Below, one piece after another: positions 49,213 through 59,296 of a DNA stretch of 64,000 bases (position 1 is the first letter of the stretch; each line of letters begins with the position of its first letter). The stretch is from assembly GCA_963976765.1 (NCBI GenBank), contig CAXBME010000001.1:1-64000 (forward strand). The letters are read 5' to 3'. The notes beneath the pieces are model-generated. The model ran no database searches and had not been told where the DNA came from. It was given only the letters and a program-made list of their open reading frames with translations. A program made the translations under genes and the position numbers. Source of the DNA: an uncultured Planctomycetaceae bacterium (GTDB lineage Bacteria > Planctomycetota > Planctomycetia > Planctomycetales > Planctomycetaceae).

Positions 49213-51153
49213 ATGGACCGTCTTGCTCACCTCAACCCCGCCCAGCGCGACGCGGCGAGCACTCTTTCGGGACCGCTGCTGGTTCTCGCGGGCGCTGGCA
49301 CCGGTAAGACTCGCGTTATCACACACCGCATGGTCGAGTTGATCAAAAGCGGCATCGCCCCCGAACGAATTCTCTCGGTCACGTTCACGAATAAAGCCGC
49401 GAAGGAGATGGCCGAACGAACTCAGGAACTGCTCGGCAAACGCCAGAAGCAGAAACCAATGATATCGACGTTCCATTCTTACTGCGTGAAGGTTCTGCGT
49501 CAGGAAATCGAGGCGCTCGGCTATCCTAAAACGTTCACCATCTACGACCGCGGTGACCAGGAATCAGCGGCCCGCAAAGCGTTGCGAGACGTTCGTATTC
49601 CCGATTCCAGCATGAAGCCCGGCGACCTGCTGAACGTCATCAGTCGCTGGAAGATGCACAGCATCGCTCCCGACGACGCGGCTGACCACACCGAGAACGA
49701 TCTCGAATTCCTCGCCGCTGTCGCGTACCGGAAGTATCAGAACAATCTTCAGGCGTGCGGAGCTGTCGACTTTGACGACCTGCTGTTGCTGACCAATCGG
49801 TTGTTCGAAGAACACCCGGCAGTACTGGATCGACAGCAGCAACGTTTCGACCACGTGCAGATCGACGAGTACCAGGACACCAATGGTTCGCAGTTTGACC
49901 TGATCGAGGCGCTCGTCCGCAAGCACAACAACATCTGCGTTGTCGGCGACGATGATCAATCCATTTATGGCTGGCGAGGCGCCGAAGTCACTCACATTCT
50001 GAACTTCAACCAGTATTTTAAAGGCGCGAAGGTCGTCCGGCTCGAAGAGAACTATCGTTGCACGGACCGTATTCTGGATCTCGCCAACCGGCTGGTTAAG
50101 CACAACAAAGGCCGGCACGATAAAGAACTTCGAGCCAACAAAAAGTCGGTCTCTGATGTTCGCTTCCGGGAGTTCGACGACGAGCAGGTTGAAGCCGAAT
50201 ACATCGCTCGCGAAATTCAGTTCATGATCAATAAGAAGGATGTCCCGCCTCAGGACATCTGCATTCTCTTCCGTACGAACGAGCAGCCTCGCGTCTTTGA
50301 GTCAGAACTCCGCCGCCACGAAATCCGTTACGTGATGATGGGCAGCCAGTCCTTCTTCGATAAACGCGAAATCCGAGACATCCTGGCGTATCTCAAGGTG
50401 CTCGAAAATCCGCGCGACGAGAACTCGCTGCTGAGAATCATCAACGTTCCCGCCCGGGGCATTGGCGATTCAACCATTGAGAAAGTTCTGAAGCGAGCGG
50501 TCCGCGAAGGGGTTCCCATCTGGGACGCCGCCCCCGCAGCACACGCGGACGGCGAGATCACTGACAAGGCGGTCAAAGCCATGAACCGCTTTTCTTTGCT
50601 GCTCGACACTTATCGAAAGAAGTTGCAGGCTTCGCCGAAAGACCTGCCCACGATCCTCGAAAACCTGCTCCACGAAATCGACTACGACAGCGAAATTCGG
50701 AAGCAGTACAAGAACGAGGACATGCAGGTGGCGAAGACGGAAATCGTCGACCAGATGGTCGATTCGCTACGGGAATACGTTGCCCGATCTGACCAGCCAT
50801 CGCTGCAGGGATATCTCGAAGAAACGCTGCTGAACGGCCCGGATATGAGCGACGACAAAGAAAAAATGATGAATGAGCAGGCCGTCAAACTGATGACCCT
50901 GCACAGTGCCAAAGGACTGGAATTTCCTCGTGTCTACATGGTCGGTATGGAAGAAGGGTTGCTGCCTCACAAGCGGGCCGTTGAAGAAGAAGGTTCGGCC
51001 ATTGATGAAGAGCGTCGGCTTTGTTACGTCGGGATCACTCGAGCCAAGGACCATCTCACCCTGACTCGAGCCGCCGCTCGCAAGAAGTGGGGTAAAAAAC
51101 GCCTGTCGATCCCCTCGCGATTCATCCGCGAGATGCGCGGTAAAGACGAGTAA
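49213..51153 (+). CDS. uvrD: UvrD/PcrA/Rep family helicase
   Basis: LNPAQ, AGAGTGKT, DEYQDTN, VGDDDQSIYGWRGA, LEENYR, TLHSAKGLEF, EERRLCYVGITRA. Confidence 0.93.
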   Translation: MDRLAHLNPAQRDAASTLSGPLLVLAGAGTGKTRVITHRMVELIKSGIAPERILSVTFTNKAAKEMAERTQELLGKRQKQKPMISTFHSYCVKVLRQEIEALGYPKTFTIYDRGDQESAARKALRDVRIPDSSMKPGDLLNVISRWKMHSIAPDDAADHTENDLEFLAAVAYRKYQNNLQACGAVDFDDLLLLTNRLFEEHPAVLDRQQQRFDHVQIDEYQDTNGSQFDLIEALVRKHNNICVVGDDDQSIYGWRGAEVTHILNFNQYFKGAKVVRLEENYRCTDRILDLANRLVKHNKGRHDKELRANKKSVSDVRFREFDDEQVEAEYIAREIQFMINKKDVPPQDICILFRTNEQPRVFESELRRHEIRYVMMGSQSFFDKREIRDILAYLKVLENPRDENSLLRIINVPARGIGDSTIEKVLKRAVREGVPIWDAAPAAHADGEITDKAVKAMNRFSLLLDTYRKKLQASPKDLPTILENLLHEIDYDSEIRKQYKNEDMQVAKTEIVDQMVDSLREYVARSDQPSLQGYLEETLLNGPDMSDDKEKMMNEQAVKLMTLHSAKGLEFPRVYMVGMEEGLLPHKRAVEEEGSAIDEERRLCYVGITRAKDHLTLTRAAARKKWGKKRLSIPSRFIREMRGKDE

Positions 51154-51328
51154 CGCGTCCCTGCTCCGGCCAGCGAATTGTGGTCCGGCCAGCAAATTCG
51201 GCAAGGCCCGGCAAATTCACCTCTCCCCCTTTTGAGGGAGAGGGAATTCGATTGCCGTTGCGTGTCGCGGGATCACCACTTCATGCAGAGGTTTGTGCGT
51301 TAAAGTTCTTAACAGGCTGATACGCCGC

Positions 51329-53872
51329 TCAGAACGCTCCGATTCGCTCTCCGCCGCCGATGGTGATCAGCGCTTTAAAGACTTCAGGGTCTATGTTCTC
51401 TGAAATAAATCGGACTGACCCGTCGGCGAGTCCAGCATTCATACCGCCGGGGAATGGACTTCCGATTCCGTCCGGGCCGTTGATATAGGGCTCTTCGGTA
51501 AGACTGCGAAGTGTCGATCGTCCGCCTTGAGCCCACGGTCCGAAATCGTCGGAGGCTTCCGTGATCGCGATGGTGTTTGACGTTCCGTCTGTGATGTCCG
51601 CAAGGCGAGTCTTCCGGTTGTAGCCAAAAACTCCGGCACCAGGATCGTTGACCTTCAGGTTGGCGGCGTCTTTACCGATTCCGGCCATACCGACGTAGTG
51701 AGTGGCTCCTTCGCGAGCGTTGGCTTCAGCCGGGTTTGTCAGCACCTGAAGATTGAAGCCTGTCCAGTCGGCGTTGGCTTCGCTCTTCCAGCCGCTCTTC
51801 TGGTCGATCTGCTGGTAGAGGGCGGCCTGTTCGATGAATGGGAGAACCGAAACGAGCCAGCTCAATCGGTCGTTAACTTCTTCTGCCGACTCCACAACGG
51901 TGCCTGTCGGGAATTGCCGATACACATCGTGATGATTGTGCATGGCCAGGAGCAGTTGCTTCAGGTTGTTTTTCGATTGAGTTCGACGCGCGGCCATGCG
52001 TGCCTGCTGAACGGCGGGCAGCAGCAACGCGACCATCACTCCGACTGACCCAACGCTGCCGATTCCACCGACATCGCCCCCAAACGGAAGCGACGGTAAG
52101 GAACCTCGTGAAGTCCAGCGGAATCCCTTTTCCGTCGACTCGCTGACCAGCACGTTGGGGAAGAGCGGACGAACAACGAGCTCTGACGGAGGGACATCGG
52201 CCAGCCCGACGGGCAATTCCAGATCCGGCGGAAACATTCCTGAGTTTCGCAGGCCGGCCTGAGCACCTGAGAAGAGCAGCGGGGCATAGCCCATCAACGC
52301 CCGATAGATTCGCCTTGGATTGCTGACCGTGACTGAGGTGAACTCTTTCGGCATGGCATCCAGTGCGACCTGAAGTTCTGCTGACGGCACGAAGCGATCG
52401 AGCTTTCCGTCAATGCGAAGCAGCGCAGCTTCGACTGTTTGAGGCATCAGCCCGACGATCACCCAGTTTTTGTCGACGACCAGTCCGCCGAACTCAACGC
52501 CTTCGACTTCGAAAGAAATAATCTGCCGACCAGACTTTTCGCTGCGAACGACGGAGAACTCACCGTCAGCGGCCGCTTCAGCCATCAGTAGTACGTGGTC
52601 GAGCGTGCGCTTCATTTTTTCTGCATCTTTGACTTCAGTGACGATGGCAACACCGCCGAAGCCGAAGAAGTCCTGACTGCTGTCCATGTAAAATGTTGTG
52701 ACATTTCCCAGAGTGTCGAACAGATCTGTCTTTGGATCGAAACCGATAATCTGAGGAGCGGCCTGGATGCCCTGCTCGATCTGCTGGGCTATCTCCGGTG
52801 GTCCCAGTTTTGCCGCGTCGCGAACCATCGTCAGCAGGTCATCGTAAAACTTCGACAGGCTGAAGCTGCCAGCCGCGAAGGTGGTTGTGTCCGCGGGCAG
52901 TGGTGGAAGACGGTCGAAGGTGATTGTTTCATGATCGCCCAGCGCCAGTAGCCCTCGTTTGGGGCCGTCAACCTGCAGGACGGTTTCGCTCCAAAGAGCT
53001 TTGCCTTTGTACCCACTTTGTGAAACAGCGGCTCCGACGTTGTCGAGGCCGACGACTTTCGCAATATCGTTAACGGTAAAAGGCTGGCCATCTGGACGTT
53101 GCATCGGAACCGGGACGGGCATCGGTCCGAAGGTGTCTCGAAGTTTTCCGAGGTCAAACCACGACAGACCTGTCATCTCGAAGTTGACAGACTCTGGTCC
53201 GAACTCTTTCCACAGAGGATTCGCGGTGATGTTCGCGGACTCGCCACTGGCCACAGCGACGGCAAGCGGCAAAGAGTTCATCCCGGCGGTAACCACCAGA
53301 TGCTCGCCTTCAACCCACCAGCCGACTTCGATGCCGGGCGAATCTGGAATGATGAACGTGCTGATCTGTCGCCCGTCGATCTCCTGAGAATCGACTTTGA
53401 TGTGTCCGTTTCGCTGTAGTAATTGGCCGAGCGGTTCTGCAAACTGACCAGCCTGTGGGAAGACGGCAACCGAATACGGCATTGGCATCGGTGGACCATT
53501 CGGGCCGGGGGCAGCCAGAGCAACGGACAACCGGACTCCGTGATCCTTCACATGCTTGAATGCCTGGCCGGCAGGGCCGTCAAGAATTCCGCCAGCAGGG
53601 CCGGCCTGGCTGGCGAGTCCGCTAAAAGCCTTTTCGAGCATCGGGACCAGGCCGGATTCGTACAGGGCTTCGTGAGCGGCGGTCTCAGAAAACGCCTGAG
53701 CATGAGCCTTCGTCCCATCCCACCGAACAAACAGCAGCGAGTCTTTCGGAATGAGTTGATCGGGAGATTGAGTAACCCGGTTCTGCGCCCGACTGGGGGA
53801 CAACGCAAACGCTGCAAACAGGCAACTCCCCAGGAGAGTACCCCACATCAGCCGTGACATCTTTGGCGACAT
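51329..53872 (-). CDS. DUF1559 protein with large N-terminal exported domain
   Basis: ALLLPAVQQARMAARR.QSKNNLKQ..LAMHNHHD, SWLVSVLPFIEQ, ITDGTSNT, ADGSVRFISENID. Confidence 0.9.
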   Translation of the reverse strand: MSPKMSRLMWGTLLGSCLFAAFALSPSRAQNRVTQSPDQLIPKDSLLFVRWDGTKAHAQAFSETAAHEALYESGLVPMLEKAFSGLASQAGPAGGILDGPAGQAFKHVKDHGVRLSVALAAPGPNGPPMPMPYSVAVFPQAGQFAEPLGQLLQRNGHIKVDSQEIDGRQISTFIIPDSPGIEVGWWVEGEHLVVTAGMNSLPLAVAVASGESANITANPLWKEFGPESVNFEMTGLSWFDLGKLRDTFGPMPVPVPMQRPDGQPFTVNDIAKVVGLDNVGAAVSQSGYKGKALWSETVLQVDGPKRGLLALGDHETITFDRLPPLPADTTTFAAGSFSLSKFYDDLLTMVRDAAKLGPPEIAQQIEQGIQAAPQIIGFDPKTDLFDTLGNVTTFYMDSSQDFFGFGGVAIVTEVKDAEKMKRTLDHVLLMAEAAADGEFSVVRSEKSGRQIISFEVEGVEFGGLVVDKNWVIVGLMPQTVEAALLRIDGKLDRFVPSAELQVALDAMPKEFTSVTVSNPRRIYRALMGYAPLLFSGAQAGLRNSGMFPPDLELPVGLADVPPSELVVRPLFPNVLVSESTEKGFRWTSRGSLPSLPFGGDVGGIGSVGSVGVMVALLLPAVQQARMAARRTQSKNNLKQLLLAMHNHHDVYRQFPTGTVVESAEEVNDRLSWLVSVLPFIEQAALYQQIDQKSGWKSEANADWTGFNLQVLTNPAEANAREGATHYVGMAGIGKDAANLKVNDPGAGVFGYNRKTRLADITDGTSNTIAITEASDDFGPWAQGGRSTLRSLTEEPYINGPDGIGSPFPGGMNAGLADGSVRFISENIDPEVFKALITIGGGERIGAF

Positions 53873-54151
53873 TGTTAGCTCCATAGTTTCAGAATGTTCG
53901 AAGTTCATCTGAACGCCGACTGCGGAAGTATGTCACAGCCGCGATGATTCGCAATCCCCGGCGGCGGGTCGCTGGTCGATTTATTTCATGAAGCTTCGCG
54001 AAACGGTGGAAACGGACTTGAGCTGAAGTCCGTGGTTTCAATTCCTCAAACGATCTGTATTGTGACAGCGAGATCCCGGATGCAGACTGTCCATTCACAC
54101 GGTTGACCACACGGTTGAAATTCTTCGAAGCCTGGAATTGGAGACCGCCCC

Positions 54152-54661
54152 ATGCACAGTCACCAGCTGACCGAAGTTTATGCCGCGCGAGACGAAATCG
54201 ACGCGGCGCTGGTCCAGTCGATGCTCGCGGAATCCAACATTGGAGCGCGCGTGGTCGGTGGCCAGATTATGGGAGCTATTGGCGAAGTCCCGGCCGGTCT
54301 GCCATCGGCGCCTCGGATCTGGGTTTCGGATCAGGACGCCAACGCCGCCGTTGCCCTCATTCGAGAGATGGAAGAAAAACGCCGCGAGTCATGGCTTCGG
54401 AGCAAGCCGTCCGAAGATTCGAATGAACAACCGGGGGAAACGTCATCTGGAAAACTGATTGCGACGGCAGTCGCGTCTGGTGCGTTTCCTGGTGCGATGG
54501 TCGAGAAGAACTCAGACGAACCGGTGGAAGACACCGGTGAAGTCTGGGAATGCTCAAACTGCCAGGAAGAAGTGACGGTTGATTTCGAAATCTGCTGGAA
54601 CTGCCAACTGCCACGTTTCAGCGACGGATCGAACATTGAAGACCCGAAACGCGTCGACTGA
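54152..54661 (+). CDS. DUF2007 domain protein with C-terminal zinc ribbon
   Basis: EVYAARDEIDAALVQSML..SNI, PRIWV; WECSNCQE...FEICWNC. Confidence 0.85.
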   Translation: MHSHQLTEVYAARDEIDAALVQSMLAESNIGARVVGGQIMGAIGEVPAGLPSAPRIWVSDQDANAAVALIREMEEKRRESWLRSKPSEDSNEQPGETSSGKLIATAVASGAFPGAMVEKNSDEPVEDTGEVWECSNCQEEVTVDFEICWNCQLPRFSDGSNIEDPKRVD

Positions 54662-56095
54662 TCAGTCAAGCGGTTGAGGCGTGGCTTTGTGAAAGTCCGT
54701 CACTTCCTGATAACGATTGGCGATTTCGATCAGCCGGTTTTCGTTGAACGCTCGACCAGCCAGTTGCATCCCGGTCGGCAGGCCACCTTCGCCCAGGCCG
54801 TTTGGTATCGACAGAGCGGGAATTCCGGTCGCCGCGCCGGCGCCTCCGAGATCGGTAATCTGAGACGAATAAAATCCGCGGCGATGTTCGCTCCACGGAC
54901 GATCGTTTGGGTATGCCGTTGTGGCAAGCGTCGGCGTGACGACTGCGTCGAACGGTTTCAGGAAATTGTCAATCGCTCGCTGCATCTTTGATCGAATTCT
55001 CATCGCATTGATGTAATCTTTCGCCGGGATGACCATTGACGAGTGAATGCCCCAGTGGTCTTCCTCAGCGGTCATTTCCCAGATGTCGCCGGTCGTGATC
55101 AACCCTTCGAACGCGGCGGCCGATTCGCAGTTGATCAGCGTCGACGCGACAGCCACCCACGGACAGCCCGGCAACGCGACTTCTTCAATATCGCAGAAGT
55201 TTCGCAGCACGTTCAGCGAGGCTTCGTAGTTCGACCGAACTTCCGGTTGCACATTTCTCGCAGCATCTTTCAGCGTTGCGAGCTTGTAACGCGTCGAAGA
55301 TTGCAGCTTGTCTGAATTTTTCCCGGACGAGTATTCATAAGGGCGATCGACGCATGATTCGTCGGTTGGATCCGGGCCGGCGATCGCGTTCAGGACGATC
55401 CCGCAGTCGTCGGCGGTTCGGCACATCGGGCCGAGTTTGTCGACCGTCCAGGCTAGAGCCATTGCCCCGTGCCGGCTGACTCGGCCGTACGTCGGACGCA
55501 GTCCGCTGATCCCGCAGAACGCGGCGGGAGTCATGATTGAACCCCAGGTTTCCGAGCCAATGGCAAACGGAACAAGTCCGCCACCAGCCGCTGCCCCAGG
55601 GCCCGACGACGATCCACCTGCCCAGCGAGACGTGTCCCAGGGATTCAGTCCCGGCCCGGTGAACGACGCGTTCGCCTGGCGATAGCCCAACCCGCCGGCG
55701 ATTTCGACCATCGCCAGCTTACCGATCAGCACAGCACCGGCCTTTCGTAGTCCTGCAACGACTGTCGAATCGGCATCGATCATCCGATCACGAAACGGAG
55801 CGGCCCCCCAGGACGTTGGAATTCCCTTTGTCGCCAGCAGATCTTTTACACCGTACGGGATGCCGTGGAGCAGTCCTCGATCACGGCTCGACTTCAATTC
55901 ATGGTCGGCCTGCGTCGCCTGTTGAATCGCCAGTTCCTCGGTCACTGTTACGACGGCATTCAGCTTTGCTCCGACCGTCTTGAGTCGCTCCAGAAAAAAA
56001 ACGGCCAGTTCCACGCAGGAGAAATCTCCAGCGCGAAGATGCTTCGCCAGTTCTCGCACGGAAGCAAAAGCAGCGGTTTGGGGAATTTCGGGCAC
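54662..56095 (-). CDS. Amidase (amidase-signature family)
   Basis: LHGIPYGVKD, GGSSSG, GSETWGSIMTPA, GLRPTYGRVSR, GLPTGMQL. Confidence 0.94.
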   Translation of the reverse strand: MPEIPQTAAFASVRELAKHLRAGDFSCVELAVFFLERLKTVGAKLNAVVTVTEELAIQQATQADHELKSSRDRGLLHGIPYGVKDLLATKGIPTSWGAAPFRDRMIDADSTVVAGLRKAGAVLIGKLAMVEIAGGLGYRQANASFTGPGLNPWDTSRWAGGSSSGPGAAAGGGLVPFAIGSETWGSIMTPAAFCGISGLRPTYGRVSRHGAMALAWTVDKLGPMCRTADDCGIVLNAIAGPDPTDESCVDRPYEYSSGKNSDKLQSSTRYKLATLKDAARNVQPEVRSNYEASLNVLRNFCDIEEVALPGCPWVAVASTLINCESAAAFEGLITTGDIWEMTAEEDHWGIHSSMVIPAKDYINAMRIRSKMQRAIDNFLKPFDAVVTPTLATTAYPNDRPWSEHRRGFYSSQITDLGGAGAATGIPALSIPNGLGEGGLPTGMQLAGRAFNENRLIEIANRYQEVTDFHKATPQPLD

Positions 56096-56219
56096 AGTTT
56101 TAACTCACTGGTTTACAGACACGTCGACGATCGTTCGACCCTGAATCTGACAGAGCATCGGCGAAGATGGCAAGCGAAACGCCGGCATACCATCAGCAGA
56201 TTACTTACCGCGATGTCGA

Positions 56220-56305
56220 GCAGATCAGGCTTTGCCTGACGAAGATTTTGTGCCAGACACTGCCGACGACGAATTCCAGATTCCGTCAGGCCGAGCCTGA
56301 CGTAC
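56220..56305. repeat. Inverted REP pair (GTCAGGC...GCCTGAC)
   Basis: gcagatcaggctttgcctgac ... gtcaggccgagcctgacgtac. Confidence 0.65.
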
Positions 56306-56471
56306 GGAAACCTGTCGCTGTTCCGTAGTTCCATCAACGTGATTCCATCAAGCTGTCTCAGTTGTTCTGCGCTGTCTTCTCTGCAATCTTCTGGTCTGGA
56401 TGTTGTGCCGTCGGATGGTCGCATCAGGCACAAAGAAAACTCTCAGTTTTGAATCGAACGAGGCGTCCACC

Positions 56472-59183
56472 ATGCGTTGCTGCATCCTGTTGATCGTCGT
56501 CCTGACTGTTGCCGCAAATCCAGCAGCGACCTGCACAGCCGCCGACGAAGTTCAGACCGACCTGTTGATCGTCGGGGGGACCGAGTCTGGTTGGGCGGCG
56601 GCTTTGCGAGCGGCTCGGCTGGGCGTGCGGTCGGTCACGATCGTCCACGATGGTGAGTGGCTGGGCGGTCAGTTTACCGAGCAGGCACTGGCTTGTGTCG
56701 ACGAGAACAAAGGTGTCGGCCAGGTCGGCTGGGGAGTGGATTGGCACCCGATGAAGCGGTCGTTTCATCGGAGCGGGCTGTTCAAAGAACTGATGGACCG
56801 CATCGAAGCCTTCAACGAGCAGAAGTATGGCTCATCAATGCCGGGCCGCCCGTATCATGGGCCGTCGACGTTTCGACCGGCCGAAGCGGAAGCCATCTTT
56901 CGAGCAATGCTGCAACCGCACCTCGACTCCGGGCAGGTCAGGTTTATCAGCAATCGATATCCGGTGCGGGCCGACGTCGTGGGGGCGAACATCGCCGGGG
57001 AGTTTCCAACGCTCAAGGGGTTGTGGTTTGCAGCCGTCGGCGAGAAAGAAGCCGATCTGCATATTCGCGCGAAGCTGACGATCGACGCTTCCGACTGGGG
57101 CGAGGCGATTCAGGTTTCCGGGGCCGCGTTCGAGTGCGGCGCGGATCCAAAGTCCCGCTACAACGAGCCGAGCGCGTCTGACGACCCGGCGGCCAATCCG
57201 CTCAACGAAATGAATCCGATTACCTGGGCCATGATCGTTGAAGAATCCGACGGCGAAACTCCGATCGCAAAGCCAGCCCGGTATGATGATCGAAACTTCG
57301 TTCGGACGTCTCGGCTCAGTCTGGCAGCGATGCAGGGGCTTGTGTGGGATCGCCCGGTTCGACTCGGCAGCATTCCGCACTGGCCGGATGACGGGAAAGC
57401 TTCTCCGCGGCAGTTGTCGGTTTATACGGTTCGCAGAATCGTTGACGGTTACACGAGCAACGATCGAAAGACGAGCATCCTGCTGAACTACATGCTGGGG
57501 CAGGATTACCCACTGGAGCGATTGCCGAAGCACGTGGTGGCCGATTTGGAGGCCACCGGGAAAGGAGCGTCGGAAAAAAACATCGTGCTGATGACTCGCG
57601 AGCAACGCCAGATTATCTACGACGATGCGAAGCGGCATTCGCTCAGCGTGCTGTACCATCTGCAGAATTTTGTCGATGAACGAGCGAGCCAGCACGCAAA
57701 CAGCTTTCGTCGATTTCACCTCAGCGACGAATTCGGAACTACCGACAAGCTGCCGCCCAAACCGTACATCCGCGAAGGACTTCGGCTCAAAGCGATGTAC
57801 ATGATGCGCGAGCAGGACGGACGCAATCGAGACGGTGCGACGAAGACGGCAGCTCGCGAAAGAATGTCCCGAGTGATGTATCCGGACGGCGTGGCGTGCT
57901 GGCAGTTTCATTACGACTTTCACCGAACCGGTCGCGCATACTTGAAAGGCGAAGGGAACGCCGGTCCGTGGATCGACTTCGAAAAGCCCGGTCGGCACAC
58001 GCATCACGTCAGCGATCGATCGGTGTTTCCGCTTCGCAGCCTGATTCCGGAACAGATGGATGGCCTGCTGGGTGCTCAGAAAAACGTCGGGTACAGCAGT
58101 ATCGTCTGCGCAGCGATCCGGCTGCATGATCAGTGCATCGCGATCGGAGAAGCAGCCGGCGTGGCTGCCGCCGTCGCTCTTCGTCACGATATCCAGCCTC
58201 GCGTGATTCCGTATGAACGAAGTCGGTTGGAAGAAGTACGGCACGGTCTGTGTGGTGAAACTGAGGATTCAACGCCGCTTCAGCTTTGGCCATTCCGCGA
58301 TCTGCCAGCCGATCATGCGGCGTTTGTCTCAATCAACCGACTGGCTGCGCGTGGAATGCTTCCTCAGGAGCCGACCGATGTCGACTTCCGACCGGACTCC
58401 CCGGCCACTGCCGAATGGCGGGCTGAAGTCCTCACGGCCAGCCGAGCAAACATCGCCGTCGACCAGCTTCCTGTTTTATCGGCAAGCGAGATGACTCGTG
58501 GTGAGTTCTGCATCGCCTGGTGGAACGCGGTCAAGGATTTGCCGCTGATTCCGTACGAGCGGTTAAGTCACGACGATGCTGACAACGATGGAATCCTTGA
58601 TCGTGATGACCCCACACCATTTACTCCCGCGGGGCCCGTCGTCTGGCAAGTCGAGCCACGAGCAGTCGTTCCACCGAGTGTCGATCAGGACGGACTTCCG
58701 GACGAACTTGCCGATGCAAACGTCGCCAACGAAAACGCGATACGTCGTTTCAACTTTACGGGCAAAGGATCGAAGGCTGTGCCGGGTTTCCAGAACGACA
58801 ACGGGTTGTCGTTTGATTCGAAACGCGGCTTCGGCTGGACTGCTGACATCAGCCAGAACTACCGCCGCCGTTCGGTCTACGCGGAAGCAATTCGAGACTC
58901 GTTCCTGTTTACTCGCGACTTTGCCAGGTGGGAGTGTCGGGTGCCTAACGGAAAATTTCTGGTCACCGTCTGCAACGGCGATTCCGGCCACGAACAAACA
59001 GGGCACCAGGTTTCGCTCGAAGGCAAGGCCGCCGTGAAGAATGTCCCGACCGTTGCCGGACACTTTGTGGAGACGACTGTCACTGTCGAAGTCTCCGACG
59101 GGCGACTGACGATGGAGCTGGGGCCGCAACTGGCAGGCTCCAACACGTGCGTGAACTGGCTGAGGATTGTCCCGCTTGACTGA
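56472..59183 (+). CDS. Secreted FAD-dependent oxidoreductase with C-terminal accessory domains
   Basis: Signal peptide, DLLIVGGTESG..AA..AARLG, LGGQFT, IDASDWGE, PYIREGLRL, GEAAGVAA. Confidence 0.88.
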   Translation: MRCCILLIVVLTVAANPAATCTAADEVQTDLLIVGGTESGWAAALRAARLGVRSVTIVHDGEWLGGQFTEQALACVDENKGVGQVGWGVDWHPMKRSFHRSGLFKELMDRIEAFNEQKYGSSMPGRPYHGPSTFRPAEAEAIFRAMLQPHLDSGQVRFISNRYPVRADVVGANIAGEFPTLKGLWFAAVGEKEADLHIRAKLTIDASDWGEAIQVSGAAFECGADPKSRYNEPSASDDPAANPLNEMNPITWAMIVEESDGETPIAKPARYDDRNFVRTSRLSLAAMQGLVWDRPVRLGSIPHWPDDGKASPRQLSVYTVRRIVDGYTSNDRKTSILLNYMLGQDYPLERLPKHVVADLEATGKGASEKNIVLMTREQRQIIYDDAKRHSLSVLYHLQNFVDERASQHANSFRRFHLSDEFGTTDKLPPKPYIREGLRLKAMYMMREQDGRNRDGATKTAARERMSRVMYPDGVACWQFHYDFHRTGRAYLKGEGNAGPWIDFEKPGRHTHHVSDRSVFPLRSLIPEQMDGLLGAQKNVGYSSIVCAAIRLHDQCIAIGEAAGVAAAVALRHDIQPRVIPYERSRLEEVRHGLCGETEDSTPLQLWPFRDLPADHAAFVSINRLAARGMLPQEPTDVDFRPDSPATAEWRAEVLTASRANIAVDQLPVLSASEMTRGEFCIAWWNAVKDLPLIPYERLSHDDADNDGILDRDDPTPFTPAGPVVWQVEPRAVVPPSVDQDGLPDELADANVANENAIRRFNFTGKGSKAVPGFQNDNGLSFDSKRGFGWTADISQNYRRRSVYAEAIRDSFLFTRDFARWECRVPNGKFLVTVCNGDSGHEQTGHQVSLEGKAAVKNVPTVAGHFVETTVTVEVSDGRLTMELGPQLAGSNTCVNWLRIVPLD

Positions 59184-59296
59184 ACCGCCGTCTCACGATG
59201 AGTGGCAATCGAGAATCGGTGAGATGTGTTTAAAGTGCCGGGCTTCTCGACCGTATCCCAGCTTCAGCTTTCAGGAACGTCAAATAAACCAGCAGG

